From a virus (taxonomy: Duplodnaviria > Caudoviricetes), in the IMG/VR virus record IMGVR_UViG_3300032225_000079, positions 1 to 33,660 of that record: a DNA stretch of 33,660 nt; one strand, given 5' to 3'. Both the position numbers and the translations under genes were made by a program. Shown here piece after piece: positions 15,897 through 25,343 of the stretch (position 1 is its first letter; each line of letters begins with the position of its first letter). The notes under the pieces were generated by a model. It was not told where the DNA came from. It ran no database searches and saw only the letters and a list, made by a program, of their open reading frames with translations.

Positions 15897-15950
15897 CACA
15901 AATGACCATTAGGATTTACTTGCAACAATCGGTTGCGTAAGGAGAAAATC

Positions 15951-16166
15951 ATGAAATTTGAAATGGAATTTGGTTGGGTAGGTAGTGAGAAGATTACAGT
16001 TGAAACCCACGACTTTGATAAAATTCAAGTCATTCAAGAATTTATCAACTTCCAAGAGGAAAATGATTGGGCAGTTGAATATGAAGCAATTGACGAACTT
16101 GAGGATGAGTTTGAAGAAGATGCAGCAGAAGAAGTAATTACTGCTGGTTTAGACGATAGCGAATAA
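15951..16166 (+). CDS. Very acidic protein, 71 aa
   Basis: RBS AAGGAG; 25 D/E versus 3 K. Confidence 0.7.
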   Translation: MKFEMEFGWVGSEKITVETHDFDKIQVIQEFINFQEENDWAVEYEAIDELEDEFEEDAAEEVITAGLDDSE

Positions 16167-16167
16167 G

Positions 16168-16311
16168 CTACTTTGCCAACAGATAAAGCCCCACATTGCT
16201 AAAGGCGTACCCTGCGTACACAATAGCCGTGTGTGGGTTATCTTTCCAAAGCTGTTCACCAGCAATATAGGCGTAGATAGCCCCCGTTAAGATGATTAGC
16301 CAGGCGCTCAA
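16168..16311 (-). CDS. Small two-TM membrane protein, 47 aa (MSAWLIILTG...GYAFSNVGLYLLAK)
   Basis: TTG start overlapping the upstream TGA; two hydrophobic segments. Confidence 0.55.
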   Translation of the reverse strand: MSAWLIILTGAIYAYIAGEQLWKDNPHTAIVYAGYAFSNVGLYLLAK

Positions 16312-17300
16312 AATGCACCTACATCAATCACTTCACCCCTAAATTGAATCTGATCCTCATCAAACTTGTGGACTAACTCAGGCCACAATAGTTTGCCATT
16401 AAAGAAGTTCAGCACCGCAAAGCCTGACCTATGGTTGCTTGGATTTATTTCGGCATAGGTAAATTGTGGGCCATCAGTCTCAGCCAAAGTACCCGTATCT
16501 ACCCCGTATCTACATCCGTTGTAATCAGTGAATGGAGTTACTTTAAGACTGTGCAAATGTCCAGTAACTATTGATACACCTGCATTAACAGTATTGTTGT
16601 GAGTGGCATGAACACCACCTTTATATCGGTGCTTGATGATGACTTGATCGGTAGGCCATACTGCCCAACAAAAATCCCAATCGGGGATGTGGTCTGTCAA
16701 CTTAAACCCCACAACGTCTTTAAATTGTGGTGCGTGTTGAGCCAAACGATTGCCAAAGCGAATATCGTGGTTGCCCCATGTAAACAGGAGCTTTATATTG
16801 TGTCTCGCTGCTTTAGCAACTTCTTCAATCTCACCTAGCGCACCTTGACAGGCTTTTAATTCTTGGATGACAGAAGTTTGCGGTTGGTCAGTTACATCGT
16901 GGCGGCTTATAGACGCTCCATCGAAAGCATCCCCGTTACATATCACTGCCTTGGGTTTGAACTGTTCTATGGCCCATAGAAGCCCTTTAAAGGCCGTTGT
17001 GCGCTGACCAGGTATAAAGTGAGCATCTGAGAACACAATTACAGTGCCGTCCAACATCCCAAGGTTTACTTGTTTTAAAGGAGAAAAGGATTTTGGTCTA
17101 TTTGAATCGTATTTGGCACTTCGAGAGTCGCTTGCGGGTAATTTGAGCTTATGTTGCTCTTCCATGTTACGTCTTCGGTAGTTCACTGCCCTCTCTGTTA
17201 TGCCAAGCATTTTTGCTACTTTTGTAACGGATTGATACTTGTCCCACAGTTCTATGAATTGCTCATCCGTACACGAATTAAGACCATTAGTTGATACCAT
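16308..17300 (-). CDS. Calcineurin-like metallophosphoesterase with N-terminal HTH, 330 aa
   Basis: SDAH, GDAFD, GNHD, H and GHLH motifs; SVTKVAKMLGITERAV HTH. Confidence 0.9.
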   Translation of the reverse strand: MVSTNGLNSCTDEQFIELWDKYQSVTKVAKMLGITERAVNYRRRNMEEQHKLKLPASDSRSAKYDSNRPKSFSPLKQVNLGMLDGTVIVFSDAHFIPGQRTTAFKGLLWAIEQFKPKAVICNGDAFDGASISRHDVTDQPQTSVIQELKACQGALGEIEEVAKAARHNIKLLFTWGNHDIRFGNRLAQHAPQFKDVVGFKLTDHIPDWDFCWAVWPTDQVIIKHRYKGGVHATHNNTVNAGVSIVTGHLHSLKVTPFTDYNGCRYGVDTGTLAETDGPQFTYAEINPSNHRSGFAVLNFFNGKLLWPELVHKFDEDQIQFRGEVIDVGAF

Positions 17301-17661
17301 GAGAAACCTTAGACAGTAACTTTTCTAACAAGTTGATAACTCTATGCTCTTGCATTTCTACTTCATCCTGAGATGATTTAGGGTCTTGAGCCACAGTCAT
17401 CAAATCGTGTAAAAACACATGAAGCAACTCATGCAAAGCAGTCTGATCTAGAGATTCTGGTGTGATCTTTTCAGCACCAAAGTCGCCTAATCTGTAAGTT
17501 GCCAACCTAGCCGAAGTATTGAACTCAACAGAAGCCATAGCAGCCTTTGCCGCCTTGCTTCCTTTCTCTATTCTCCAATCACCCAAACTCAGCACTTGTT
17601 GCCACTTTTTGACACTTTGTGAAAATATTTCTACGTCTTGCGGTGTAGGAATGTTAGGCAT
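17287..17661 (-). CDS. Small zincin-like HExxH protein, 124 aa
   Basis: ALHELLHV with downstream EMQEH. Confidence 0.65.
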   Translation of the reverse strand: MPNIPTPQDVEIFSQSVKKWQQVLSLGDWRIEKGSKAAKAAMASVEFNTSARLATYRLGDFGAEKITPESLDQTALHELLHVFLHDLMTVAQDPKSSQDEVEMQEHRVINLLEKLLSKVSHGIN

Positions 17662-17691
17662 TACAACACCTTATATGATATTTATTACAAT

Positions 17692-18135
17692 TTAATTTAA
17701 CAAAGAACACTCAGCTTGTCTGCGTTTGAGCAAACCAGGCAACACTTTTCCACCGCCTTTGGTCCACAACATAAGCTGTTCTTGAGCCGCTTCCCACTCT
17801 TGAGAGTTGATTTTTCTCTTAAGAGTAGATGTTTGTAAACGACCTATTCCAAGGTTGTAAACAAAGTCAACAATGGCATTACATTTTTTTACATCTGTTG
17901 CAAGAATCGGACAGTTTCTAAGAACACCTGGCAAATATGTATGTTCTAACTCAATCATCAAGAGGTGATTAGCCTCTTCCTGAGTCATTGGAGGGTCTTC
18001 TAATGTTACTTTGCGCTTATCAGCATAATAAGTAGATCCATAGCCAATAGTGGCTACATTGGCAGGACAAAGGTAGGGCTTAGAACGAAAGCCCTCAAAC
18101 CTTTTGCATAGTTCTGCTGCCAACTCTAAGTTCAT
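17692..18135 (-). CDS. Endolysin, GH24 lysozyme, 147 aa
   Basis: FEG...YLC...TIGYG catalytic E-x8-C-x5-T; YNLG; GLLKRRQAE. Confidence 0.92.
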   Translation of the reverse strand: MNLELAAELCKRFEGFRSKPYLCPANVATIGYGSTYYADKRKVTLEDPPMTQEEANHLLMIELEHTYLPGVLRNCPILATDVKKCNAIVDFVYNLGIGRLQTSTLKRKINSQEWEAAQEQLMLWTKGGGKVLPGLLKRRQAECSLLN

Positions 18136-18626
18136 ATTCCACGCTTAGACAAAGTTCTATCAAGAAACCAGTAATTGATTGTTCCTGATAGCAAAGCAGA
18201 AAAGTCTGGAGTCATCATTGTTTTAAAGACATCAGATGCTTGAGCGCCACCTAACCATGCGTTATAGGCAAACCAAACATGAATGAATGACCATACGAAT
18301 AGTACCCAATATGTGACCACAGGACGCACAGAAGCAGAAAGACTAGCTACCCATCCACCTGCGGCTTTAACCATCTCAGCTTGCTGTGTAATGGCGTTGT
18401 TGAAGGCATCCATCACGCCTACATCTATAGCCGCTTCACGTTGCGCCCCAATCTCAGCCAACTTTTGCTGACCCCGTTGAGCTTCCAAGTCGCATTGGAA
18501 CTTGAACATATTTAACTCATGTTCACGCTCGTTTTTCTTGTCCATCCACTTTAAGACTTCGGGGGCCATCCTAAAAATGCCGCCAAAGATAGAGCCAAGT
18601 AAACCACCAGATAGCATTTCAAACAT
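18132..18626 (-). CDS. Holin-like membrane protein, 164 aa
   Basis: Coupled to the endolysin; SVRPVVTY TM and YWFLDR end, as in 3TM holin-like families. Confidence 0.6.
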   Translation of the reverse strand: MFEMLSGGLLGSIFGGIFRMAPEVLKWMDKKNEREHELNMFKFQCDLEAQRGQQKLAEIGAQREAAIDVGVMDAFNNAITQQAEMVKAAGGWVASLSASVRPVVTYWVLFVWSFIHVWFAYNAWLGGAQASDVFKTMMTPDFSALLSGTINYWFLDRTLSKRGI

Positions 18627-18778
18627 TATTTAAGCCCTACCTTCCCAAGTAATAAATTTACAATTTTGTCGGATAAATCGTTTGGCAGAAATTTAAGAAA
18701 CCCAAGAAAATAAAGTGCCACGCAACCATAAACAAAGATTTTGAGGCAAAGATCAAAGGTTTTTTGATACTCATTCAT
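18626..18778 (-). CDS. Small TM protein, 50 aa (MNEYQKTFDL...)
   Basis: Coupled at both ends. Confidence 0.6.
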   Translation of the reverse strand: MNEYQKTFDLCLKIFVYGCVALYFLGFLKFLPNDLSDKIVNLLLGKVGLK

Positions 18779-19266
18779 CGTCCGCACTTTGTTTTAGCGC
18801 ATAAATCTTGTATCTCAGAAATACCAAATGCAACAGCTAAACCAAGCAAAATCAGTACAAAAGCACCTGCAACAATAGCCATTTGTTCTTCTTGTTCTTC
18901 CTTTTTTTTCTTAGCATCAGCTTTAGCTTGTCTGGCAGCATGAGCATCTTCTACGTCCATCAATTGAGCACGTTCTTTAATCTTATTCCAAATGTCAATC
19001 TTGCCAGACTGCATAAATAACATCTGCAATTCTTTTTCAAATTGACGGGCTTGGTCAAGTGCCATTTCAATCTGTAAAGCAGTTCCCATATTAGAACCAC
19101 CTGAGTTCTTAGCATGAACCATTGCCTTGGTAGCAGTAGACTTGGCATCAAACATCTTGCCAATCATGGGTGCAAGAGAGCCTAAGTCATTAGCAACCTG
19201 TGCGGCTTGCTTGACTACTTTAATGGCTGACTGTATGCCAGCAAGAGCTGTTAGAGGATCAATCAT
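18775..19266 (-). CDS. Membrane-anchored helical protein, 163 aa
   Basis: MIDPLTALA start; C-terminal TM followed by two Cys. Confidence 0.7.
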   Translation of the reverse strand: MIDPLTALAGIQSAIKVVKQAAQVANDLGSLAPMIGKMFDAKSTATKAMVHAKNSGGSNMGTALQIEMALDQARQFEKELQMLFMQSGKIDIWNKIKERAQLMDVEDAHAARQAKADAKKKKEEQEEQMAIVAGAFVLILLGLAVAFGISEIQDLCAKTKCGR

Positions 19267-19409
19267 TTTTTATCAACTTTTTGCCACTCAAGACATACTA
19301 CTTTTCGGTTGTAAACATCACCTGTCCATGCCCACCTAATACATCTGTATTTATCTTCACTAGATGCTACCAATATAACAAACATTGATAACATTAGTAA
19401 CCATTTCAC
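19263..19409 (-). CDS. Small exported protein, 48 aa (MKWLLMLSMF...YRCIRWAWTGDVYNRKVVCLEW)
   Basis: GTGA and ATGA coupling; signal-like N-terminus; Cys pair. Confidence 0.55.
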   Translation of the reverse strand: MKWLLMLSMFVILVASSEDKYRCIRWAWTGDVYNRKVVCLEWQKVDKK

Positions 19410-19498
19410 GGATACGCCCAAAGAATTGTGTAACTACAAAACAAAACAAAAACAGTAAAACAGGCTGCGGCAATAAATGCTTCAGCCCATTCTTTCAT
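19406..19498 (-). CDS. Single-TM micro-protein, 30 aa (MKEWAEAFIA...)
   Basis: Coupled at both ends. Confidence 0.5.
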   Translation of the reverse strand: MKEWAEAFIAAACFTVFVLFCSYTILWAYP

Positions 19499-20994
19499 GG
19501 TCTTGGAGGATTCATCATGGTGCTTAACAAACCACGAGTGTAGTAATTAGGAGAAGGAGGTGGTGTTGTTCCTGTCAGCAAACCAGAAATAGCGCTTTCT
19601 GCAGATTTCTTGCGTAATGCCGCTTGTAATACATCAGCACCCAAACCTACAGCACCAGCAGGAAGTGTATATTTAAGTGTTTCAGGGCTTGCAACACCAG
19701 TTCCAATTACACCACCAGCAACCAATTGACTTCGTTTTGGATTAAAACGTGCTGCGAATGATAGTAATTCATCTAGCGGCCCACCATTGGCTACAGCTTT
19801 AATTGAATTTTGTTCGTCAGTATTAAACAGACGCATCTTTTCTTTGCTTGCAGCTAAATTGATAAATCCTTTTCGTATCAATTCACTTTCAGAAGCATTT
19901 GGACTCATTGCTCTTACTTCAGAAATATCTAAAATATCCTGTAATGTTGTAGCACGACTTAGATTTCTCCAGTCTTTACGAGCAGACATAATTGTCTTTA
20001 CTGCCTCATCAATGCCACCAGCGCCAGAAGCTACATCTTTTGGAGATAAACCTGCAACATAGTCATCAATGGTTGAAATCATTACATTGCCTAAACGCCT
20101 TGTATTCTTTTCTTGGCTACCTTTTAAGCCATTAGCAAGTCTACGCATTTGCTCAACATCGTTAAATGACACATTTCCACCAGAAACAATACTATCGTAC
20201 TTATTAAGAGTGGCTGCTACATCTTTAGCCGTTTCTGGTAAGTAATCAGAAGCATCTAATTTAGCTTTAACTTTATCAACCAAGTTAGTAGCACTTTGTT
20301 GATTTAATTCAATACCAGCATCTGTAACTTTTGTGTAAGCACGACCAGCCCGTTGTTCAACATCTGCCATAGTAGTTACTGGCTTTTTACCTGCAGTAAT
20401 TTGTCCAGCAAGATCACCTGCCATTTTCCCTACAGCACCAGAAACACCAATTCCTGCAATGGTTGCGGCTAAATCACTACCAGTCAATTCTTTAGTTTGT
20501 TCAGCAACAGGTTGAGCAACCATAGATGCTACAGTAGCTGCAGGTAATTGACGAGCTAAATCAGCGCCAAAAACAGTTTTAGGTGCGGCTGCTGCCATAC
20601 CACCAGCAGAAACTAAACCTTGCATACCAGCTTGTGCGGCTCTTTCAATGCCAGTTTGAGGTTCTGGAAGACCCATCTGTGTCAAACCTTTACTTTGTTC
20701 TTGTGACAAATAAGGCATACGACTTTCTGAGCCAAGCAAATTAGCGCCAACATTGTATGCACCACTTAAAAAGTCAGCGGCAATATTTACTGGAGCAGAT
20801 AAGCCCTGAACAACAGCACGACCAGCTAAGCCTGCTTGACGAGCAATCTGTGAACCTAATCCTGGCTCCTGTTGTGGAGCAGGAACTTGATAGTTAGACT
20901 TTACATAGTCCATTACTTGTTGCTCAGTAGCGCCTTCAGGAGCATTTACTTCATACTGTTTACCATCTGGCCCTGTTACGACAAACTTTCCCAT
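19495..20994 (-). CDS. Internal virion/ejection protein, 499 aa
   Basis: GPDGKQYEVNAPEGAT N-terminus; Ala/Gly-rich helical; last of three genes after the tail. Confidence 0.6.
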   Translation of the reverse strand: MGKFVVTGPDGKQYEVNAPEGATEQQVMDYVKSNYQVPAPQQEPGLGSQIARQAGLAGRAVVQGLSAPVNIAADFLSGAYNVGANLLGSESRMPYLSQEQSKGLTQMGLPEPQTGIERAAQAGMQGLVSAGGMAAAAPKTVFGADLARQLPAATVASMVAQPVAEQTKELTGSDLAATIAGIGVSGAVGKMAGDLAGQITAGKKPVTTMADVEQRAGRAYTKVTDAGIELNQQSATNLVDKVKAKLDASDYLPETAKDVAATLNKYDSIVSGGNVSFNDVEQMRRLANGLKGSQEKNTRRLGNVMISTIDDYVAGLSPKDVASGAGGIDEAVKTIMSARKDWRNLSRATTLQDILDISEVRAMSPNASESELIRKGFINLAASKEKMRLFNTDEQNSIKAVANGGPLDELLSFAARFNPKRSQLVAGGVIGTGVASPETLKYTLPAGAVGLGADVLQAALRKKSAESAISGLLTGTTPPPSPNYYTRGLLSTMMNPPRP

Positions 20995-21003
20995 GATGAC
21001 TCC

Positions 21004-22350
21004 TTACTGAATTGGTTTTATAGACCATCCACCAGCATTTACTGGTGCTGGAGTTTTAATTGGAGAATAAGTTTCTGAAAAGTCAAAACCATTCAGATTA
21101 TTATTCTTGTTTGCGTAATCATTCATCTTGCGATAGTAATCAATTTTTCCACGTTGAATTTCTTCAATCTTTCCTAACAACTCAGTACGAGCTTTCTGGC
21201 TGGTTGTAAGTTGAGGAATACGTGCTTCAACATACTTCCGATCAGAATCAGAAATTTGAGCACCAAGTTTTCCACCAAGGTCTTGCATAACAAGATCTTT
21301 AGCTTGTTTGTCATATACCTCAGAAGAAGAAAGTTTCTTAGTCTGATCTGGAGATAGCAAACCAACACTAGCCAATAAGTTTGTAGCGCCAACATAAGAG
21401 TTAGCCAATGGACCAGTAAACAATTGACCTGAAGCATCAAGTTGTCTCATGTTATTCAATGTAGATAATGCTTGAGATGCACCTCTTGCTAAATTAGTCG
21501 CATTAGATAATTCTTCAGCTTGAGTAATACCACGTTTTTGTGCAAAAGCCTCTTCTTGTTTAACATCAACAGCAACACGAGTAACTGCTGCACCCGCTGC
21601 TTTTTTGGCAATTTCATCATTGAAAACTGCTTTATTAACAGCCGCAACTTGAGTTGGTGAATAAGCCCCAAAGGTGGCAGCTACTGGTAAACCAAGTTCA
21701 CGAGCCTTAGCAACCCAATCTGCTGGTGGTTTAGCAGTTTTATCAATAATTTCTAAATCTCCACCAGTTTGCCAAGCTAAAACACTTTCAGGAGTATATT
21801 TTCCACTTTTAAGCAAATCAAATCCTTGTTGAGTTTTAGGAGTTAAATATTGCTTAAGTAAATCAGCATTAGAAGCAACAGCAGTAGCTTGAGTATTATC
21901 CATGCCAAACTGAGACATCAATTGTTGAACTTGTCCTTGTTTGCTAATGTTTTCATAGCCAATCTTAGTTGCTTCAGCACCAAGTTTTTGAGTTTCAGCC
22001 ATTGCTTTTTGCATAGATTGTGCTTGAGCAGCCAAAGCAGATGCTACTTGAACATCACCCATTTGAGATGCTAACTGAGCGCCACGAGCAACTGATATAG
22101 GATTTGTCATATCAATCTGTTGAGACAATTGTTGCCTCTGAGCAATCAATTTCAACTGAGGATCTTGTGCGCCAAGTAATCCACCAATTGCATTGCCAAG
22201 ACCTGCAGCACCCGCATACGTCATAGCCGCACCACGAGCCGCAGGATCTAATTGAGCTAACTGAACACCTCTATTTAAGTATCCAGTTTGTTGTTGTTGA
22301 CCATAGGCTTCAGGAGTTAACCCAAATAAGCTAGGAATAATATCTGCCAT
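21004..22350 (-). CDS. Internal virion/ejection protein, 448 aa
   Basis: RBS AAGGAG before ATG 22350; Gln/Ala-rich; position. Confidence 0.6.
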   Translation of the reverse strand: MADIIPSLFGLTPEAYGQQQQTGYLNRGVQLAQLDPAARGAAMTYAGAAGLGNAIGGLLGAQDPQLKLIAQRQQLSQQIDMTNPISVARGAQLASQMGDVQVASALAAQAQSMQKAMAETQKLGAEATKIGYENISKQGQVQQLMSQFGMDNTQATAVASNADLLKQYLTPKTQQGFDLLKSGKYTPESVLAWQTGGDLEIIDKTAKPPADWVAKARELGLPVAATFGAYSPTQVAAVNKAVFNDEIAKKAAGAAVTRVAVDVKQEEAFAQKRGITQAEELSNATNLARGASQALSTLNNMRQLDASGQLFTGPLANSYVGATNLLASVGLLSPDQTKKLSSSEVYDKQAKDLVMQDLGGKLGAQISDSDRKYVEARIPQLTTSQKARTELLGKIEEIQRGKIDYYRKMNDYANKNNNLNGFDFSETYSPIKTPAPVNAGGWSIKPIQ

Positions 22351-22361
22351 GTTTTTTCTCC

Positions 22362-24476
22362 TTAACCCCAAATGCTTTTGACGGCATTAGAAAGACCTTG
22401 ACTTAACAATGAATTTGGATCGCCTAAACCACTTATAACTGTGGCATAAGGATTTGTAGTTGCTGCAGGGCTTGTTGCCAAATTTGTACTCAATTGTGCA
22501 CCAGTTAAGCCTAATTTACCCACATTAGTTCCTGCGGCAGCTTGTTGTTGAGCAAGAGCCAAACTCATGTTGTAAGGTTGTTGTGCTTGTGCTTCCAAGT
22601 TCTGTACTTGTCCCATAGCGGCAGTATAAGGAGCATAAGCCGCTTGCTGGCCACCATAGTATTGATTCATAGCACTAGCGCCTTGACCAAGCAATCCCGC
22701 ACCAAAGGAGACTTGTTGTTGACCAGCTAATTGAGCTTGAGCCGCCAACTGAGCATCTTGTTGAGCACGAGCGTTATACAAAGCCTGTAGTTCAGGGGTT
22801 GTAGCGCCTAAATTACCACCTTGAGCAACTGCTAAACCAGAGCGTCCCTGTTGGAATAGTTTGTTTTGTAAGTTAGCTAAATCAAGTTCACGGCTAGGAG
22901 CCAATAAGTTCATCTGTTGAGAGATATATCTATTAGCAACATCCTCTGGACTCTGAGCCAAATACTGATTACCAAGACCAAACAAACTCTGAGCGCCAGT
23001 TTGCAAAGGAGCAAATTGTGCTTGTGCTTGTTCTGCTTGGGTCAAGCCTGCATTCGACAAAGCCATCAAGCGATCTTGTTGAGCTTTGGCTTCAGGAGTA
23101 AGTTGATAACCAGAGCTAACCATTTGACCAGTTACAGGGTCATAGGTGAACTGTGAAGTGCCAAACCGAGTAGTTGTTCCAACAGGACGGAATTGAGCCG
23201 CTTGTTTAGCAGCAGCAGTCTCAGCATCAACTCGAGCTTGTGCGGCTTGTGCGGCTTCTCTAGAAGTCTGTTGTTGCAGTAATCCACCAGCAGTAGTTAA
23301 AGTTCCTGCTAATGCTTTAGCAATTTGTTCAGCAGTTAACCCAGATAACAAACTTGTAGCTAAAGGAGGAACAACTGTAGGAGTAGTAGTTACTGGAGTA
23401 GTAGTTACTGGAGTAGTAGTTACTGGTGTTGTTGATAATGGCGTAAGAGATGTAGTTGGAGTTACACCTGTAGTTAAAGGATTAACTCCTAAATTAGCAG
23501 TATTTGTTAAACCAGTTACCCCACCAGTAGTTGCGGCAGTTCCTTCGCCAGTACCCAACAAATCAGTACCCAACGTAGAGTTAGTTAAAAGACCAGTTCC
23601 TGTTAGTGAGGTAGTTCCTGTTGTGCCAAGCAAATCAGTTCCAAGAGTAGATCCTGACAAAACTCCAGTACCAGTTAATCCTGCTGTACCAGCACCACTG
23701 GTTAATAGTCCCGTACCAAGCTCAGAGCCTGTCAAAACACCAGTTCCAGTTAATGCAGTACCAGTTGTTAACCCTGCACCAAGCCCATCAACACCAAGTC
23801 CTGCAGTGCCAGCCGCATTTAATCCTAAACCACTTGAAGTACCTGTTAAACCAGTACCAGTACCCATTCCAGTAACTGCTGTTTCAGTACCACCAGTTAG
23901 TAGTCCTGTTCCACCGCCAAGAGTAGAAGCTCCTGCAGTTTCAGCACTAGAAAGTAATCCTGCATCTGCTAATGTTTCACCAGCAAAAGTTGTACCTGCA
24001 CCTGCAGTACCACCAGCACCAAACAAATCTAATCCACCACCTAAAGCTGCCATTCCACCAGCAGCCAAAGCAAATTTTAAGAAATCTTTAGTTGCATTAA
24101 CAGGTATTTGTTGTGTAGTCTGTTGATACTCACCATTAGGATTGTAATATTTAACATTACCACCTACCTTATTTTCATTAGCTTTATAGGTATAGATGTT
24201 TTCTAATGGGCCAACTTGTTCATCTTGTCCAGAACCAGTTGTTGTAAAGTTTGGCTGATAAAAAGTATCGCCTAACTGCAAAGTTGAGCCAGGTGTTAAA
24301 TCAGTTCTTTGTGCTATTGCTTTAACAATGTCACCCTCAGAAATGCCATACTGAGACATTTGCTGATTAACTAAAGCTGGAGTTGCATTGCGATTTGCAT
24401 CAATCCATTTATTGATGTTCGCCAAATAATCTATATTATTTTTTGATGCGTAATTTGCTGCTGCAGAAGTCGCCAT
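22362..24476 (-). CDS. Internal virion/ejection protein with Gly/Thr low-complexity middle, 704 aa
   Basis: Position; Gln-rich C-terminal domain (FRPVGTTTRFG); repetitive middle. Confidence 0.6.
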   Translation of the reverse strand: MATSAAANYASKNNIDYLANINKWIDANRNATPALVNQQMSQYGISEGDIVKAIAQRTDLTPGSTLQLGDTFYQPNFTTTGSGQDEQVGPLENIYTYKANENKVGGNVKYYNPNGEYQQTTQQIPVNATKDFLKFALAAGGMAALGGGLDLFGAGGTAGAGTTFAGETLADAGLLSSAETAGASTLGGGTGLLTGGTETAVTGMGTGTGLTGTSSGLGLNAAGTAGLGVDGLGAGLTTGTALTGTGVLTGSELGTGLLTSGAGTAGLTGTGVLSGSTLGTDLLGTTGTTSLTGTGLLTNSTLGTDLLGTGEGTAATTGGVTGLTNTANLGVNPLTTGVTPTTSLTPLSTTPVTTTPVTTTPVTTTPTVVPPLATSLLSGLTAEQIAKALAGTLTTAGGLLQQQTSREAAQAAQARVDAETAAAKQAAQFRPVGTTTRFGTSQFTYDPVTGQMVSSGYQLTPEAKAQQDRLMALSNAGLTQAEQAQAQFAPLQTGAQSLFGLGNQYLAQSPEDVANRYISQQMNLLAPSRELDLANLQNKLFQQGRSGLAVAQGGNLGATTPELQALYNARAQQDAQLAAQAQLAGQQQVSFGAGLLGQGASAMNQYYGGQQAAYAPYTAAMGQVQNLEAQAQQPYNMSLALAQQQAAAGTNVGKLGLTGAQLSTNLATSPAATTNPYATVISGLGDPNSLLSQGLSNAVKSIWG
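23380..23424. repeat. Perfect 15-bp tandem repeat x3 (GGAGTAGTAGTTACT), encoding (PVTTT)n
   Basis: Read directly from the sequence. Confidence 0.9.
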
Positions 24477-24485
24477 GATATTTCC

Positions 24486-25343
24486 TTACAAATTTCCTGT
24501 TGCTGTGCTTGGGAATGTGCGCTTGTCGCCAGGCCAGATGATGCGAACAGCGCCATTAGAACCTGCTCCACCATTACTACCAGTTCCATACCAGCCAGAT
24601 GATCCACCACCGCCATAAGCACCACCAGTAGCACCAGGATCTTGACCTCCAATACCACCATTTGTTCCAGCAGAACCTGCCTTACCGCCAAGGTCTCCAG
24701 TAGTAGTTGTGCCGCCAGCACCACTGCTTCCTTGACCAAGTAGTCCTACACCACCGCCAGATCCAGTTGATTGACTAGCAGATAGTGCTCTTGATGCACC
24801 ACCTCCACCGCCACCGCCTGAACCTGTTGATCCGTTTCCTGTGAAATCACTTCCAGCGCCACCAGAACCTGAATATCCACCTGCACCACCGCCACCTGCG
24901 CCATTGCCATTACCACCAGCTCCACCACCAGTTCCTACGTATGAACCACCAGTAGAGGGTCTACTTGTTGGGCTACTAGCTCCACCACCAAATCCACAAA
25001 CAGTAGAAGTATTTACAAAGTAAGAATTTCCACCTGCAGCGCCATCAGTTTGATAGCTAAAGCCATTAGTTGTACCTCCAGCGCCACCAGCTCCAACAAC
25101 TACTGTATAACTATTTCCAGGCGTAACAGAGTAAGTGTTTAAATAACCCAATCCACCACCTGCACCAGAGCCTCGGTCTCCACCACCAAGATTTCCTGCT
25201 GCACCACTACCCGCACCAACGCAAACAACAGATACAGAAGTTATGTTTGCAGGGCAAGTCCATGAGTAAGTGCCAGGTGTTGTGTATTCCTGCTGACTAG
25301 CCAAGCTGCCAACAGTTAACAGTGCATTGATTGAGGCAAACAT
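24486..25343 (-). CDS. Glycine-rich fibre-tip/receptor-binding protein, 285 aa
   Basis: ATG 25343 (TAATG); YTTPGTYSWTCP, VVCVGAG, YTVVVGAGG, GAVRIIW glycine-rich domain. Confidence 0.7.
   Translation of the reverse strand: MFASINALLTVGSLASQQEYTTPGTYSWTCPANITSVSVVCVGAGSGAAGNLGGGDRGSGAGGGLGYLNTYSVTPGNSYTVVVGAGGAGGTTNGFSYQTDGAAGGNSYFVNTSTVCGFGGGASSPTSRPSTGGSYVGTGGGAGGNGNGAGGGGAGGYSGSGGAGSDFTGNGSTGSGGGGGGGASRALSASQSTGSGGGVGLLGQGSSGAGGTTTTGDLGGKAGSAGTNGGIGGQDPGATGGAYGGGGSSGWYGTGSNGGAGSNGAVRIIWPGDKRTFPSTATGNL

Noticed and set aside
15889-15915. Promoter TTGACT...TAGGAT
   Set aside because: The 15-bp spacer is too short to call with confidence
23380-23424. CRISPR-like array
   Set aside because: Head-to-tail coding repeat with no spacers and no cas genes
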